A stretch of 64,000 bases of DNA from Spirochaetales bacterium (GTDB taxonomy: Bacteria; Spirochaetota; Spirochaetia; SZUA-6), in assembly GCA_027021365.1 (NCBI GenBank), contig JALUUM010000040.1, positions 23,928 to 87,927 on the forward strand, read 5' to 3'. The translations under genes were made by a program, and so were the position numbers. Below, piece after piece: positions 39,049-49,102 of the stretch (positions are counted from its first letter, which is position 1; the number at the start of each line of letters is the position of its first letter). Below the pieces are notes generated by a model, which ran no database searches, had not been told where the DNA came from, and saw only the letters and a program-made list of their open reading frames with translations.

Positions 39049-40077
39049 ATGTCAGAGAAGAATGGCTCGACCTCCAGGATCAACCAGAATTCCAAGAAGC
39101 ACAGGCTGAAACAGAGAGACCTCGTGATGAATATATTTTTCTTCTTCGAAGAGGAATATGAAAACAAAGAGGTTGATTCCATCTGGGATATAGAACTGCC
39201 AATCGAGAGAATACGGGACTACCTGTCAAAGAAATGTTCTGTCAACTACAGAAGCAATCTGTGGGTTTATACCCAGCTAAGACGGTATGAAGAGGAGTTA
39301 GGAGTAAAACTCTTTCGTAAGTTACCCTCACATCCCGGAAGTAACGGTTTCAAGCTCGCAATACACAGGGATATGGTGAAATTCTACCAGAAACAGCACC
39401 TCTATGTGAGCAAGAAGATCAAGGTGGCCAATGGTGTTTATGATAAGATAAGGCATGATTTCGAGAGTATGGCAAAACAGAGGAGCAATGAAGTAAGCAG
39501 AGGCTTGCGCATTCTTCTTGGAGCGGGAAGTACCATCTATCATCTTGCAAACATCATTGCTGAAAAATCCTGGGAAGATGATATTCATTACACAATCTAT
39601 ACACACAACCTTGGTTCGTTGAAGAGACTTCTAGAACCAACAGTTAATTACAGGAATGTCGAGGTGTGCACCCCAGCGGGGAAGATAGACCCCGTTACTT
39701 ACACGATATTCGGTAATGATAATCCACTGTATGAAAACGTTCTCTTCGATTACATCATAATGGGAACATCCTATGTATATGACGGTAGGCTTTACGTGGA
39801 ATCGAAAAAGGAGACCGAGATAAAAAGGCACCTGTTAGCTTGCAAGGCAAGAAACAGGATACTGATTCTTACGAAACACGAGTTCACAGACAGGAAACCT
39901 GAAAATCCAAAGGCCTTCGGGAGGTTAACTGATTATGATTATATCGTCGTCCCACATATCAATATATCCACGGGCATAAAAAAACGCTACGATTCCATTT
40001 TCGACAGTTACAACAGGTTTTTTCAGCCGGAGATCATTCATTGGAACTACTCTATCCTGAAAACAATAAAAGATTAG
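39049..40077 (+). CDS. Putative sugar-operon regulator with a DeoR-C-like sensor domain
   Basis: RILLGAGSTIYHLANII...ILILTKHEF resembles the DeoR C-terminal domain. It is divergent from the sugar ABC operon. Confidence 0.5.
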   Translation: MSEKNGSTSRINQNSKKHRLKQRDLVMNIFFFFEEEYENKEVDSIWDIELPIERIRDYLSKKCSVNYRSNLWVYTQLRRYEEELGVKLFRKLPSHPGSNGFKLAIHRDMVKFYQKQHLYVSKKIKVANGVYDKIRHDFESMAKQRSNEVSRGLRILLGAGSTIYHLANIIAEKSWEDDIHYTIYTHNLGSLKRLLEPTVNYRNVEVCTPAGKIDPVTYTIFGNDNPLYENVLFDYIIMGTSYVYDGRLYVESKKETEIKRHLLACKARNRILILTKHEFTDRKPENPKAFGRLTDYDYIVVPHINISTGIKKRYDSIFDSYNRFFQPEIIHWNYSILKTIKD

Positions 40078-40129
40078 TGATATTATAAATTTATTGACAA
40101 TATACTAATTTATATATAACCTGATTAAT

Positions 40130-41014
40130 ATGAATACACTGGTTAAAATCGAACAGCTTGATTTGGGACACAGGGAAATCATAGAGAAATCCATAGCAAG
40201 TCTACATACAGATATTTCAGAGTATAGTTTTGCGAATCTCTTCCTCTTTCGGAAACAGCATCAGTATAAGCTTCTTATGGATGAGAGGCCGGCTATAATC
40301 GGAAAAGCCTATGACGGAGAGAGCTATGCAATGCCGCTTTTCGAGATAAACAGGGAAAATCTTCCCTTTCTGGAAAGATTGATATCAGAGTACGAGGTTC
40401 TCTTTCCTCTGGAGGAGGACAAGTTATCACTATTTCCCGCTGAAAGGTACCAGTACTACTACTGCGAAGATGACTCCGACTATATCTATACGAGGGAAAA
40501 GATGAGCCATTATCCGGGGAGGAAACTCCACAAGAAACGGAACCTCTTAAAACAGTTCAAGGAGCTCTACGAAAGTCACGAAATCTGGTTCAACAGTATA
40601 GACGACATCGAAGAGTCGCATGCAATGGAGATCCTCGATAGCTGGCAGAGAGACGTCGCAAGTTCGAAAGAAGAAACAGACTACTTCCAATGCAGAGAAG
40701 CACTTAGACTACTGGACAATCTGAACCTCGAAGGATTTATATACTATGTGGATAATGAACCTGCGGGTTTTCTTATAGGAGAAGCTCTCAATAGGAAAAC
40801 CCATGCAATTCACTTTGCAAAGGGCAGAAGAAAATTCAAGGGCCTATACCAGTACATGTACAGCCACTTTGCAAAGAACCTCCCGGAGGGGGTGGAATAT
40901 ATCAATTTCGAACAGGACCTTGGGAAACTCGCCTTAAAAATAGCAAAATCTTCCTATCAACCGGATATCATGCTTCACAAGTACAGGCTTAGGCTTCGGG
41001 AGACTCTCAGATAG
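40130..41014 (+). CDS. Hypothetical protein (DUF2156/acyltransferase-like fold?)
   Basis: ORF with a weak resemblance to a GNAT-like fold. No firm motif. Confidence 0.45.
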   Translation: MNTLVKIEQLDLGHREIIEKSIASLHTDISEYSFANLFLFRKQHQYKLLMDERPAIIGKAYDGESYAMPLFEINRENLPFLERLISEYEVLFPLEEDKLSLFPAERYQYYYCEDDSDYIYTREKMSHYPGRKLHKKRNLLKQFKELYESHEIWFNSIDDIEESHAMEILDSWQRDVASSKEETDYFQCREALRLLDNLNLEGFIYYVDNEPAGFLIGEALNRKTHAIHFAKGRRKFKGLYQYMYSHFAKNLPEGVEYINFEQDLGKLALKIAKSSYQPDIMLHKYRLRLRETLR

Positions 41015-41022
41015 GACGGACC

Positions 41023-42144
41023 TTAATTTCTGCCGTATACCCTGATCGTTATCAGAAGGGGCAAGTGATCTGAAAAGCCGCTCCTGTAGAGAGTACTCCA
41101 CCTCATAGGATAACCGCTTTCCCCGTAGAGCATGAAATCCTTTTTAACCACCCGGAAGTTGCCTTTCTCGTAACCAAGGCCATGGTGATCCAGCAAACCC
41201 TCAGAAAGAAGGATATGGTCGGGGGTCTCCCACCTTTTTCTGAAAACATAGCTACCGACACCGGCCCTCCCAGCTTTTTCACCGGATTCCACGCCGGTTA
41301 CCAGCTCGTACCACGGCTCGTAGAGTATCAATCTCTCACCATGCAAACCTGCCCTGCCTTTGAATCCCGTGAGAAATATTCTGTACCTCTCAAATGTTTC
41401 CGGGGCTGCCGCATCGATCGGTATCAGTGCCGTCTGGTAGGATTTTCCAACTTCGAGGTATTCATTGTAATCCTCGTTCAAGTCACCCAGCACCATCACC
41501 TCTGCCTCACGATTTCCGCTTAACAGATCTTCCAGCCTCTCTTTGAGAATGCAGGCAGCTTCGAGCCTCCACTTTTCACTGTACGCCTTCCCCCCACTCT
41601 TGGATTTCCAGTGATTGTTGAATAGATGGAGGATGTTCCCCTTAATATCTATCTCGGCCTCGAGGATGTTTCTCAAAGGGTTCGACTCGTAGTTCGAAAC
41701 ATAGTATGAATGCACCCTCAATATGGGAAAACGACTGAGAATACCAACATTTGCTGCAAGGCCTTTCTTGGGAACAATTGCAATATACCTGTAACCCATG
41801 TCTGAAAGATAGTCACGGGAGAGGGTCAATAGTACATTCCGGTTTTCAACCTCCTGAAGGGCGACTATATCAGGCCCACCTCTGATACTTTCCCTTATTA
41901 CCCTGGCTATTGCCTTCAACTTCTCATGAAAAAGCATGGTATTCCACTTTCCCCTTCCCGGGTCGAACTCCCTGTACTCGGTACCATTGTCTATATCGTC
42001 GAACAGATTCTGAACATTGTAGGACATTACCGTAATACTACTTACCCCGGAGGGACTGCTCCAGACCAGTAGGTTAGAGATTAAAGAAACTGCTGAAATG
42101 AAAATGAAGACAAAGACAATTATTTTCAGGTTTTTCCCAGCCAT
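41023..42144 (-). CDS. Endonuclease/exonuclease/phosphatase (EEP) family protein, secreted
   Basis: Signal peptide followed by VMSYNVQNLFDD and later ...DLNEDYN...SDHLP, the EEP catalytic motifs. Preferred start MAGKNLK at 42144. Confidence 0.8.
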   Translation of the reverse strand: MAGKNLKIIVFVFIFISAVSLISNLLVWSSPSGVSSITVMSYNVQNLFDDIDNGTEYREFDPGRGKWNTMLFHEKLKAIARVIRESIRGGPDIVALQEVENRNVLLTLSRDYLSDMGYRYIAIVPKKGLAANVGILSRFPILRVHSYYVSNYESNPLRNILEAEIDIKGNILHLFNNHWKSKSGGKAYSEKWRLEAACILKERLEDLLSGNREAEVMVLGDLNEDYNEYLEVGKSYQTALIPIDAAAPETFERYRIFLTGFKGRAGLHGERLILYEPWYELVTGVESGEKAGRAGVGSYVFRKRWETPDHILLSEGLLDHHGLGYEKGNFRVVKKDFMLYGESGYPMRWSTLYRSGFSDHLPLLITIRVYGRN

Positions 42145-42261
42145 TGGTTGCGATTCTTCCCTTTTTGAAAGTATTATATCGCATACCAATATCTTGTACC
42201 AATCATGGTAAAGCGGAATTGGATACAATTACATCCAATTACATTCGACGGAGTGAATAAA

Positions 42262-42891
42262 ATGGCCAAAACGAAACCTTTCGATGACCACCTGGAAGAA
42301 TATGAAGAATGGTTCAAGGAGAACGAGGGATACTACAAATCCGAGCTCGAGGCCGTGAGGATTGCAATGGGCGATCCCTACGGTTTTGTCGAAGTCGGGG
42401 TGGGAAGCGGCCTTTTCGCATCACCCCTGGGTATAAGGATGGGTGTGGAACCTTCACACAGGATGGCAGAGCTTGCAAAGAGGCGGGGAATTGAAGTAAC
42501 AGAGGGAACGGGAGAGGACCTTCCCCTTGAGGATGAAAGTGTAAATGGCATTCTCATGGTTACGACGATCTGCTTTCTGGACGATCCCGAGAGAGCCCTT
42601 GGAGAATGTTATAGGGTGCTAAAGAAGGGGGGGAAGGTTGTCATTGGCTTCGTTGATAGGGAAAGTCCCATCGGGCGAGAATACCTGAAACTCAAGGAGG
42701 AAAGTGCGTTCTACAGAGATGCTATCTTCTATTCATCACGGGAAGTCATGGGCATGCTCGAAAGGACCGGTTTCAAGGACATCTCTGCCATACAGACACT
42801 ATTCACTGAGAGGGGGCCCAGGGATATACACCCGGTAAGGGAGGGCTTTGGGGAGGGGAGCTTTGTCGTAATTACGGGAATAAAAAAGTAA
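42262..42891 (+). CDS. Class I SAM-dependent methyltransferase
   Basis: VEVGVGSGLFA motif I and the post-I acidic residue. Confidence 0.8.
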   Translation: MAKTKPFDDHLEEYEEWFKENEGYYKSELEAVRIAMGDPYGFVEVGVGSGLFASPLGIRMGVEPSHRMAELAKRRGIEVTEGTGEDLPLEDESVNGILMVTTICFLDDPERALGECYRVLKKGGKVVIGFVDRESPIGREYLKLKEESAFYRDAIFYSSREVMGMLERTGFKDISAIQTLFTERGPRDIHPVREGFGEGSFVVITGIKK

Positions 42892-42916
42892 GGGAAAAAC
42901 CAAAACTCTGTGCCCT

Positions 42917-44290
42917 TCACATCGCCTTTGCAAGTGCTGCAGCAGCTATCAGTATAGGGTCCCATGACGGAGAAAACGGGGGTGCATATGCAAGGTCCAT
43001 TCTTGCCACCTCATCTACCGTCATGTGGTTGTAAAGGGCTACAGCCGCAGAATCTATCCTCAAGGCTGCCCCGTCTCCACCTGCAATCTGCGTACCAAGA
43101 AGTCTTCGAGTTTTTCTGTCACCTATCATCGTAACAGTCACCGGAGGATGTTCGGGCCAGTAGCCAGCCTTCGTCCGTGACCGAATGGTGGCAGTAACAG
43201 TATCATAGCGGAACCTCTCGGCATCGAAAGAGGAAATCCCGGTTTTCCCCACTTCGACATTGAAAATCTTGGCAACGGCAGAACCTAGTGTTCCGGGAAA
43301 GCGCGACCATTCGGATTCATTTTTCCCGAGCAGGCTCTTTGCAGCGTTACCTCCTGCTAACTTTCCACCCCTGTTTGCATTCAATGCAAGAGGTATATAG
43401 ACAGGCTTTCCCGTTACGATACTCTTTACCTCCACACAATCACCTGCGGCAAATATATCAGTTACATTTGTCCTCATATAATCATCGACAAGAATTCCAT
43501 GTTTCTCACCAAGCATGATTCCTGCCTCAGCGGCAAGTGAGGTCTCGGGTTCAATCCCGACACTCTCGAGTACAAAGTCAGCCTCGATCTCTTCCCTGTC
43601 AGTCAAAACCTTTCTGACCTTACCATTCTCCCCTTGGTAACCCTTGACCGTGGTCTCCAGAAGCACCTTCACTCGATTGCGTGTGAGCTCTTCGTAGATA
43701 ACATCGTGAATATCTTTCTCAGTCCTTCCCATTACCGTTGGAAGCATCTCGATAATGGTTACCTCGAGTCCTCGGTGCCGAAGGTTCTCCGCCATCTCAA
43801 GGCCAATGTAACCGGCTCCAACGATTGCGACCTTCCCGGGATTTTCCCGTTCTATGAAAGCCTTTATTCTTTCCGCATCCTCAAAATACTTCAGCCTGAA
43901 AATATTTGAAAGCTCAGAGCCAGGTAGTTTCAACCTTATGTTCCGGGCGCCCGTGGCAACAATAAGCCTGTCCCATGACAGCTCGTACTCCTTGCCGCCC
44001 TCTTCCGCAACAAGGAGTTTCTTCCCGGAAGTATCTATCCTCTTCACCTCGTTGTTTATCCTTACATCGATGTTACGCTTGTTTTTTGCATCTTCGACAC
44101 TTAACACGAAAAGCCTGCTCCCTTTCTCTATTACCCCACCGATATAGTAGGGCATTCCACATTCACCGTACGAAATGAATGGTGACTTTTCCAGAACGAT
44201 TATCTCGGCATCCTTGTCGGTGCGCCTTGCCTGGCTTGCAGCGCTCATTCCCGCTGCATTTGCACCGATTACAACAATTCTTCCAGCCAT
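42917..44290 (-). CDS. FAD-dependent pyridine nucleotide-disulfide oxidoreductase (NADH oxidase / CoA-disulfide reductase family)
   Basis: GANAAGMSAA dinucleotide fold, the redox Cys in YGECGMPY, and a second GAGYIGLE NAD motif. Start MAGRIVVIG with a GGAGG RBS. Confidence 0.8.
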   Translation of the reverse strand: MAGRIVVIGANAAGMSAASQARRTDKDAEIIVLEKSPFISYGECGMPYYIGGVIEKGSRLFVLSVEDAKNKRNIDVRINNEVKRIDTSGKKLLVAEEGGKEYELSWDRLIVATGARNIRLKLPGSELSNIFRLKYFEDAERIKAFIERENPGKVAIVGAGYIGLEMAENLRHRGLEVTIIEMLPTVMGRTEKDIHDVIYEELTRNRVKVLLETTVKGYQGENGKVRKVLTDREEIEADFVLESVGIEPETSLAAEAGIMLGEKHGILVDDYMRTNVTDIFAAGDCVEVKSIVTGKPVYIPLALNANRGGKLAGGNAAKSLLGKNESEWSRFPGTLGSAVAKIFNVEVGKTGISSFDAERFRYDTVTATIRSRTKAGYWPEHPPVTVTMIGDRKTRRLLGTQIAGGDGAALRIDSAAVALYNHMTVDEVARMDLAYAPPFSPSWDPILIAAAALAKAM

Positions 44291-44465
44291 CAAAAAACCT
44301 CCGTCACATTGAAATATGTCACTTAGAATCACTTTCCGTCAAGATGCAGGATCGAAGCTTGTGGCGGATTAGCAGTCAAGTACGCCAACTGTAACGGTAA
44401 AGGTAACCCCAGCGAGGTTGGGCTATACGGTACAGTGTCTTGGTGTATGGTTTATGGCAGCCATG

Positions 44466-45431
44466 TTATATGGCTTTTGATTGGTTTGCCTCAATCCGTT
44501 GACGATACCATTCAACCGTTTCCTTGATAGCTACTTCGTGAGGTGTGGTGTTAGCACCAAATATTTCCTCAAATTTACTATGCTCAACAACATAGGGCTG
44601 CTTCCACTGATACATCATCTCTTTCATTTCTTTCAGCATGGGGCTAAATAAACCCAATAATGTCACCATCAATTTTCCAGCAGTACGAACATGTATTGGT
44701 TGTCCGATTTCCTTCTCAACAAGCTCTACAAATTGTCGAGTTGTTATGGTAGATGCGCTTGGAACATGCCACACCTGACCAAAAGCATGGTCATTTTCAC
44801 TGAGCGTTACTAATGCCTTGGCAAAATCTTTAATGTAAGTATAGGTGTGTGGCAAGTCAATATCGCCTAAAAGATTTGCTGGTTTGCCAGATAATACTGC
44901 TCTAAAGAACATTTCACCCAAAACAGAATTGACGACTCTAGGACCATAAAAGTCAGAACCACGACCGATGACAACTTGCACCACTCCTTTTTTGTGTGCA
45001 TTCAAAAGCATTTCTGCCATTTCTGCTCTAACTTTTCCCTTGGGCCCTGTGGCTTTATTAGGAAGGCTCTCCGTAATTGGCCTACCCTCGGTATCACCGT
45101 ACATATAGAGGTTATCGCCATAAATCAATTTTGCCCCTACCCGTGAAACTCCTTCAAGAATACCTTTCGTCAGGGGAGGAAACTTATCAGGCCACTCTGT
45201 ATAGGGAGGCATAGCACAATGAAATACTACATCAGCCCCCTTACATATCTGAAATACAGTAGTTGAGTTAGTTGCATCTCCTGATACGATTTCAATATGG
45301 TTAGACAGTTCTTGTGCTATTGTTCCTTTTCGGTTCACCAAGGTCACCTTCTTACCTTTTTCCTCCAAAGTCTGCGCAACCCATAACCCCAAAGGGCCTG
45401 TGCCAAATACGATAGCTTTCTTGTTACTCAT
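44466..45431 (-). CDS. NAD-dependent epimerase/dehydratase family protein
   Basis: The N-terminus VFGTGPLGLWVAQTL is a Rossmann fold. Codon usage is AT-shifted relative to neighbouring genes. Confidence 0.75.
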   Translation of the reverse strand: MSNKKAIVFGTGPLGLWVAQTLEEKGKKVTLVNRKGTIAQELSNHIEIVSGDATNSTTVFQICKGADVVFHCAMPPYTEWPDKFPPLTKGILEGVSRVGAKLIYGDNLYMYGDTEGRPITESLPNKATGPKGKVRAEMAEMLLNAHKKGVVQVVIGRGSDFYGPRVVNSVLGEMFFRAVLSGKPANLLGDIDLPHTYTYIKDFAKALVTLSENDHAFGQVWHVPSASTITTRQFVELVEKEIGQPIHVRTAGKLMVTLLGLFSPMLKEMKEMMYQWKQPYVVEHSKFEEIFGANTTPHEVAIKETVEWYRQRIEANQSKAI

Positions 45432-45603
45432 GGTTCCTCCATTTGCTTTGTCATATAACGATAAATATCACATACGCCGATTATCTCGGTTGAAAGGAAA
45501 GATTCAGCTCAAGTTTTTACCCTTCATTACTATATTATCATCCTTAACTTAATATTACAAAAACCATGATGAAAATCGGAGTCTGCTTGAGAGACTTGTC
45601 AGG

Positions 45604-46248
45604 CTAATTTTCATATTTAATTTCTGTAACAAATGGATTTCGTTTTTTAGCCAATTCATAGATAATTGATACCGCTTTAGAGACCTCCTCCGGAAAGGTT
45701 TTCTTAAGTAGTCTTATTGAGCCTTCGAAATCTCCAAGTTCTCTCTTAATTTCAGCCAACATAACAACATCATTGTTATCAGAAAAATCGAGCATATTGA
45801 GAATCGCCTCCAAGTTTGCCTTTTCATTATCAGATAAATCATCTATTTTGGTGGTAGTATTTCTTCTTTTATCATTGCCCGCCCACCATGCATGAAGACG
45901 AACATACAGTTCTTTTTCTGAACCATTTTCTGCTCCAAGATTATTATTCTCTTTTAATATTGGAAAATCATCATCAATTTCTGGAGTTTCACAAGGTTTG
46001 GCCTCATAATAACTATCTTCATTACTTAATGGATCAATTTTTCCAACTTTTTCCTGCTCATCAATCCAAATAACTGCCTGGTAGTGAGGGTATTTTACAA
46101 GCCAAGGTTATTCTGTAAGCATTGGAGTATCTCACTAGCCATCAGTCCCAAATGTAGCCCCAAAGATATTACCAGACACAATCGTGTACTTTTTGAGCAA
46201 ACCAGTACATTCCGAACATCGTTTTATAATTGTTGGTCCTGGAAGCAT
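45604..46248 (-). pseudogene. Disrupted gene of unknown function
   Basis: A single reading frame (ATG at 46248, MLPGPTIIKRCSECTG...) is interrupted by TAG-TGA and then TAA. It continues for about 170 aa to the stop at 45604. The downstream portion has no in-frame start of its own. Confidence 0.4.
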
Positions 46249-46441
46249 TTGTATTCTCCTTCTTTAAAAAACTATGTCGTAAAATCTACTCCAAATGTTT
46301 GTTAGAATAAATATTATTCGTCACCTAATATTCTCAACACTTTTTAATATATTTCTTTTGCAGATTCATAAAATTCATTTGCCTTTTCTGTGGATGGTAT
46401 CCCTTCGGGTATTAATCCAGTATCACCAGGATATCTTGAAT

Positions 46442-46714
46442 CTATATATATACATCGTTAATTTGTGCCAAACTGTCTTCTTCTAACATAAGTTTTATCC
46501 CAGCTTTTAAAATCAAACCATAAAGTTTTTCAAGATCATGTATTTTTGGTATTTTTACATCCTCATCTTCCAATAAAGCTTTTAGTGATTTTTCTATCGT
46601 TTGATGACTATGAAAAGCAATACTTTGAGTCAATTCTTCATAATTAAGTGGTTTTTCAGCAGACCTTAAATCAACATTTGCATATTTAAGCCATTGCTTT
46701 GCTTGCTTTTTCAT
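46442..46714 (-). CDS. HEPN-domain protein (partner of the minimal nucleotidyltransferase)
   Basis: 90 aa with an R-x4-6-H-like HEPN motif region. It overlaps the 3' end of the MNT gene. Confidence 0.7.
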   Translation of the reverse strand: MKKQAKQWLKYANVDLRSAEKPLNYEELTQSIAFHSHQTIEKSLKALLEDEDVKIPKIHDLEKLYGLILKAGIKLMLEEDSLAQINDVYI

Positions 46715-47051
46715 ATACTATCTTGCCAGTTTCTTTCAATTCTTTTGAAAATGAACTTTCACTATTCATGAGTTCTTCATATTCCGGTATAGTATACACT
46801 AATAAATCTATAGCAATTTCTCTGTTTATCTCTCTTATTGCTTTTCTGACATCAAGTTTCATTTTTATTTTTTCATCATAGCTAGAGGGAGTCTTATTTA
46901 TATCTAGTACAACCAATAAATCCAAGTCACTATCTTCAATTAAGTTGTTCTTAATGTATGAACCAAAGACAATTACAGTTCTTGGGTTCAAAGTCTTAAG
47001 TTTCTTTATTATTTTCTCTAGATATTTACTGTATAGTTTTCTTCTATCCAC
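46686..47051 (-). CDS. Minimal nucleotidyltransferase (MNT) domain protein
   Basis: VIVFGSYIKNNLIEDSDLDLLVV is the GS...DxD polymerase-beta-like motif. Confidence 0.8.
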   Translation of the reverse strand: MDRRKLYSKYLEKIIKKLKTLNPRTVIVFGSYIKNNLIEDSDLDLLVVLDINKTPSSYDEKIKMKLDVRKAIREINREIAIDLLVYTIPEYEELMNSESSFSKELKETGKIVYEKASKAMA

Positions 47052-47278
47052 AGATTAAAACTATAATACGGAAATCATTATATGCAAGAGATTTTAAATT
47101 AATATTCTAATTTTCTTATCACTACATTTATTCCTTACATAGGCATAATTCACACTTGCTACATTCAAACTACCGCGCTTTCAGCTGCCTGCGAAGCATA
47201 GCTGAGCGGGTCAGCTGAAAGCGCTTGTTAGGCCATCCCCTCTCTGTCAAACACATATTCTTCTCACGTTTAAATGCT

Positions 47279-47869
47279 CTACAGCGTTTCTAATCCACTC
47301 GTTTCATCCGACAATCCTGTAAGGAAGATCAACATCTCCGCCTGTCTCGCTTGGCCCATCTCCTTGGCTTTAGAAGTGTAGAGCCTGTCAGGCAACTCTC
47401 GACTAAACCGTTCGATCAGCTTAACCGCACTAGCCAAATCAGGCGTCCAATCGTCAAGCCCCACAATCGAGAGCAACCGCGCAATACCAATACATCCCAT
47501 AAATTCCAATGTGTCAGCATCATGGAAGAGGATCACCTCGTTACGGTCCGCCGGATCCACGTAAAACATATGCCCCCGAATGATCTCTTTCACCAAAGTT
47601 GTTTTTTCCAAAGGAAAACCAACTGAAGCAAGTATCTCATCCGCAATCTGAGCTGATCTTTCGGCATGATCCACTCCTGATTGCTTGTAGGGTTCAAACG
47701 CGCCGATATCGTGTAGATAGGCCGCAGCAAACAGACAATCCTCATCAACTTTCATACCGTGTAACTCAGTTAAGTGCAATGACAACTCGTAGACTCGTTT
47801 GAAATGTGGCACCCCCCAAGCCGGGTGCTCAAACTTCTCAACAAAAGAAAGAATTTCTTGCTTCCACAT
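47279..47869 (-). CDS. HD-domain phosphohydrolase
   Basis: LHDIG...HDAD HD motif. Its GC is higher than that of the surrounding AT-rich genes. Preferred start MWKQEI. Confidence 0.75.
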   Translation of the reverse strand: MWKQEILSFVEKFEHPAWGVPHFKRVYELSLHLTELHGMKVDEDCLFAAAYLHDIGAFEPYKQSGVDHAERSAQIADEILASVGFPLEKTTLVKEIIRGHMFYVDPADRNEVILFHDADTLEFMGCIGIARLLSIVGLDDWTPDLASAVKLIERFSRELPDRLYTSKAKEMGQARQAEMLIFLTGLSDETSGLETL

Positions 47870-47945
47870 TCGATGTAACTCCCTCACCTAGACAAATGAT
47901 GTCTGCTTAGCCGATAAAACTGAACCAACGCCAGATGGGCAGTCT

Positions 47946-48073
47946 AACGACATAATTCACTTGCTTTGAGTTCTGGCACGTGTTTTTGCTTCTGCATCCA
48001 TAATATCATGCTTTTAACCTAATTGCAAAAACCGTGAAAGAGCGAAAAGTGGGGTGTAATGACTTGTTATGTT
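47946..48073 (-). repeat. About 128 bp repeat copy 1, carrying a TTGCAA-17-TATTAT promoter directed at the HD gene
   Basis: Roughly 85% identical by eye to 48965..49092. Confidence 0.6.
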
Positions 48074-48080
48074 TTTTTAA

Positions 48081-48404
48081 TTATCTTAGTTGTCTGTGTA
48101 ATAAAATGTCTTCAATATTTCTTCTTCCATCTATTATTGCCATTATATAAATTGCCTCTTTTTCTATTTTATACATCAATCTCCAGGGAGAAATAATTAG
48201 TTCACGATATTTCACTATATTTTGTTCGGCCAGTTCCGGAATTATTCTTCCTTGTTCTGGAAAAATAGATAATTTTTTAGCAGTAGCTTTTATCTCTTCA
48301 TATTTTTTTATTGCTGTCTCTAGCGAATCTTGGGCTATATATTCTATTATTTCCTCTAAATCATTCTTTGCCGTATGTGTCCACAAAACCTTCTTCTTCT
48401 GCAT
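48081..48404 (-). CDS. ParE/RelE-family type II toxin
   Basis: 107 aa with a ParE-like pattern (KYRELIISPWRLMYKIEKEAIYIMAIIDGRRN). Confidence 0.75.
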   Translation of the reverse strand: MQKKKVLWTHTAKNDLEEIIEYIAQDSLETAIKKYEEIKATAKKLSIFPEQGRIIPELAEQNIVKYRELIISPWRLMYKIEKEAIYIMAIIDGRRNIEDILLHRQLR

Positions 48405-48417
48405 TAATTGTTCTCTG

Positions 48418-48711
48418 TTAGATTTCTCTTTTGGCTTTAAGTTTCTCTATTTTTTTATCCATCTCTGTAAAAACATCCTCTTGTATATATACTTGTTCTC
48501 TTTCTATATCCTTTTCGCTCTGTGAAAGTATTTTTAATATGCCTATGCTGTCCCTCATGGATTGATATGTTTGGGTGTCCAATAAAACAGCCTTTGCTTC
48601 ACCGTTCTGAGTTATAATTATTGGATTGTGTGTCTCATTGACTTTTTTTAACATTTCTGCAGCATTTGTTTTTATATAAGATATAGGTTTTATATTATCT
48701 TTGATTTTCAT
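48418..48711 (-). CDS. Phd/YefM-family antitoxin
   Basis: 97 aa (PIIITQNGEAKAVLLDTQTYQSM), lying upstream of the toxin with a 13 nt gap. Confidence 0.7.
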   Translation of the reverse strand: MKIKDNIKPISYIKTNAAEMLKKVNETHNPIIITQNGEAKAVLLDTQTYQSMRDSIGILKILSQSEKDIEREQVYIQEDVFTEMDKKIEKLKAKREI

Positions 48712-48964
48712 GTTTAGCCTCCAGTACTTATATAGTACTATATTCAGACTGATTTATCAATAATAAATCTAGAAAAATAATTATCAAATAATATAGTTTA
48801 GAGTCATATATCGTTTTCAGACAAAGAGTTTAAATTATTGCACTTATTGAATTGAAGTATTTGAAATATAGTAGTTCATTTGTTAAAAAGTTTTTTATTT
48901 CAGAACATCATAACTTATGTTGCACATAGAATATTTGTTTACTCCTTAATGAATTTAAAAACAT

Positions 48965-49092
48965 AACGACATAATTCACTTGCTTTGAGCTCTGGCACGC
49001 GTTCTTGCTTCTATACCCACAATATCATACTTTCACCTTAATTGCAAAAACCGTGACAAAGCGAAAAGTCAAGTGCAATGTCTTGTTATATC
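48965..49092 (-). repeat. About 128 bp repeat copy 2, carrying a TTGCAA-17-TATTGT promoter
   Basis: Direct repeat of 47946..48073. Confidence 0.6.
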
Positions 49093-49102
49093 GATAAATA
49101 CT

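Noticed and set aside
44333-44465. GC-rich intergenic segment examined as a possible tRNA or riboswitch
   Set aside because: No cloverleaf or conserved riboswitch core could be folded by eye. It is most simply the promoter/5'UTR of the oxidoreductase gene.
47946-49092. Possible CRISPR array suggested by direct repeats
   Set aside because: There are only two full copies, each about 128 bp and about 900 bp apart, and they flank protein genes. They are not short regularly spaced repeats.
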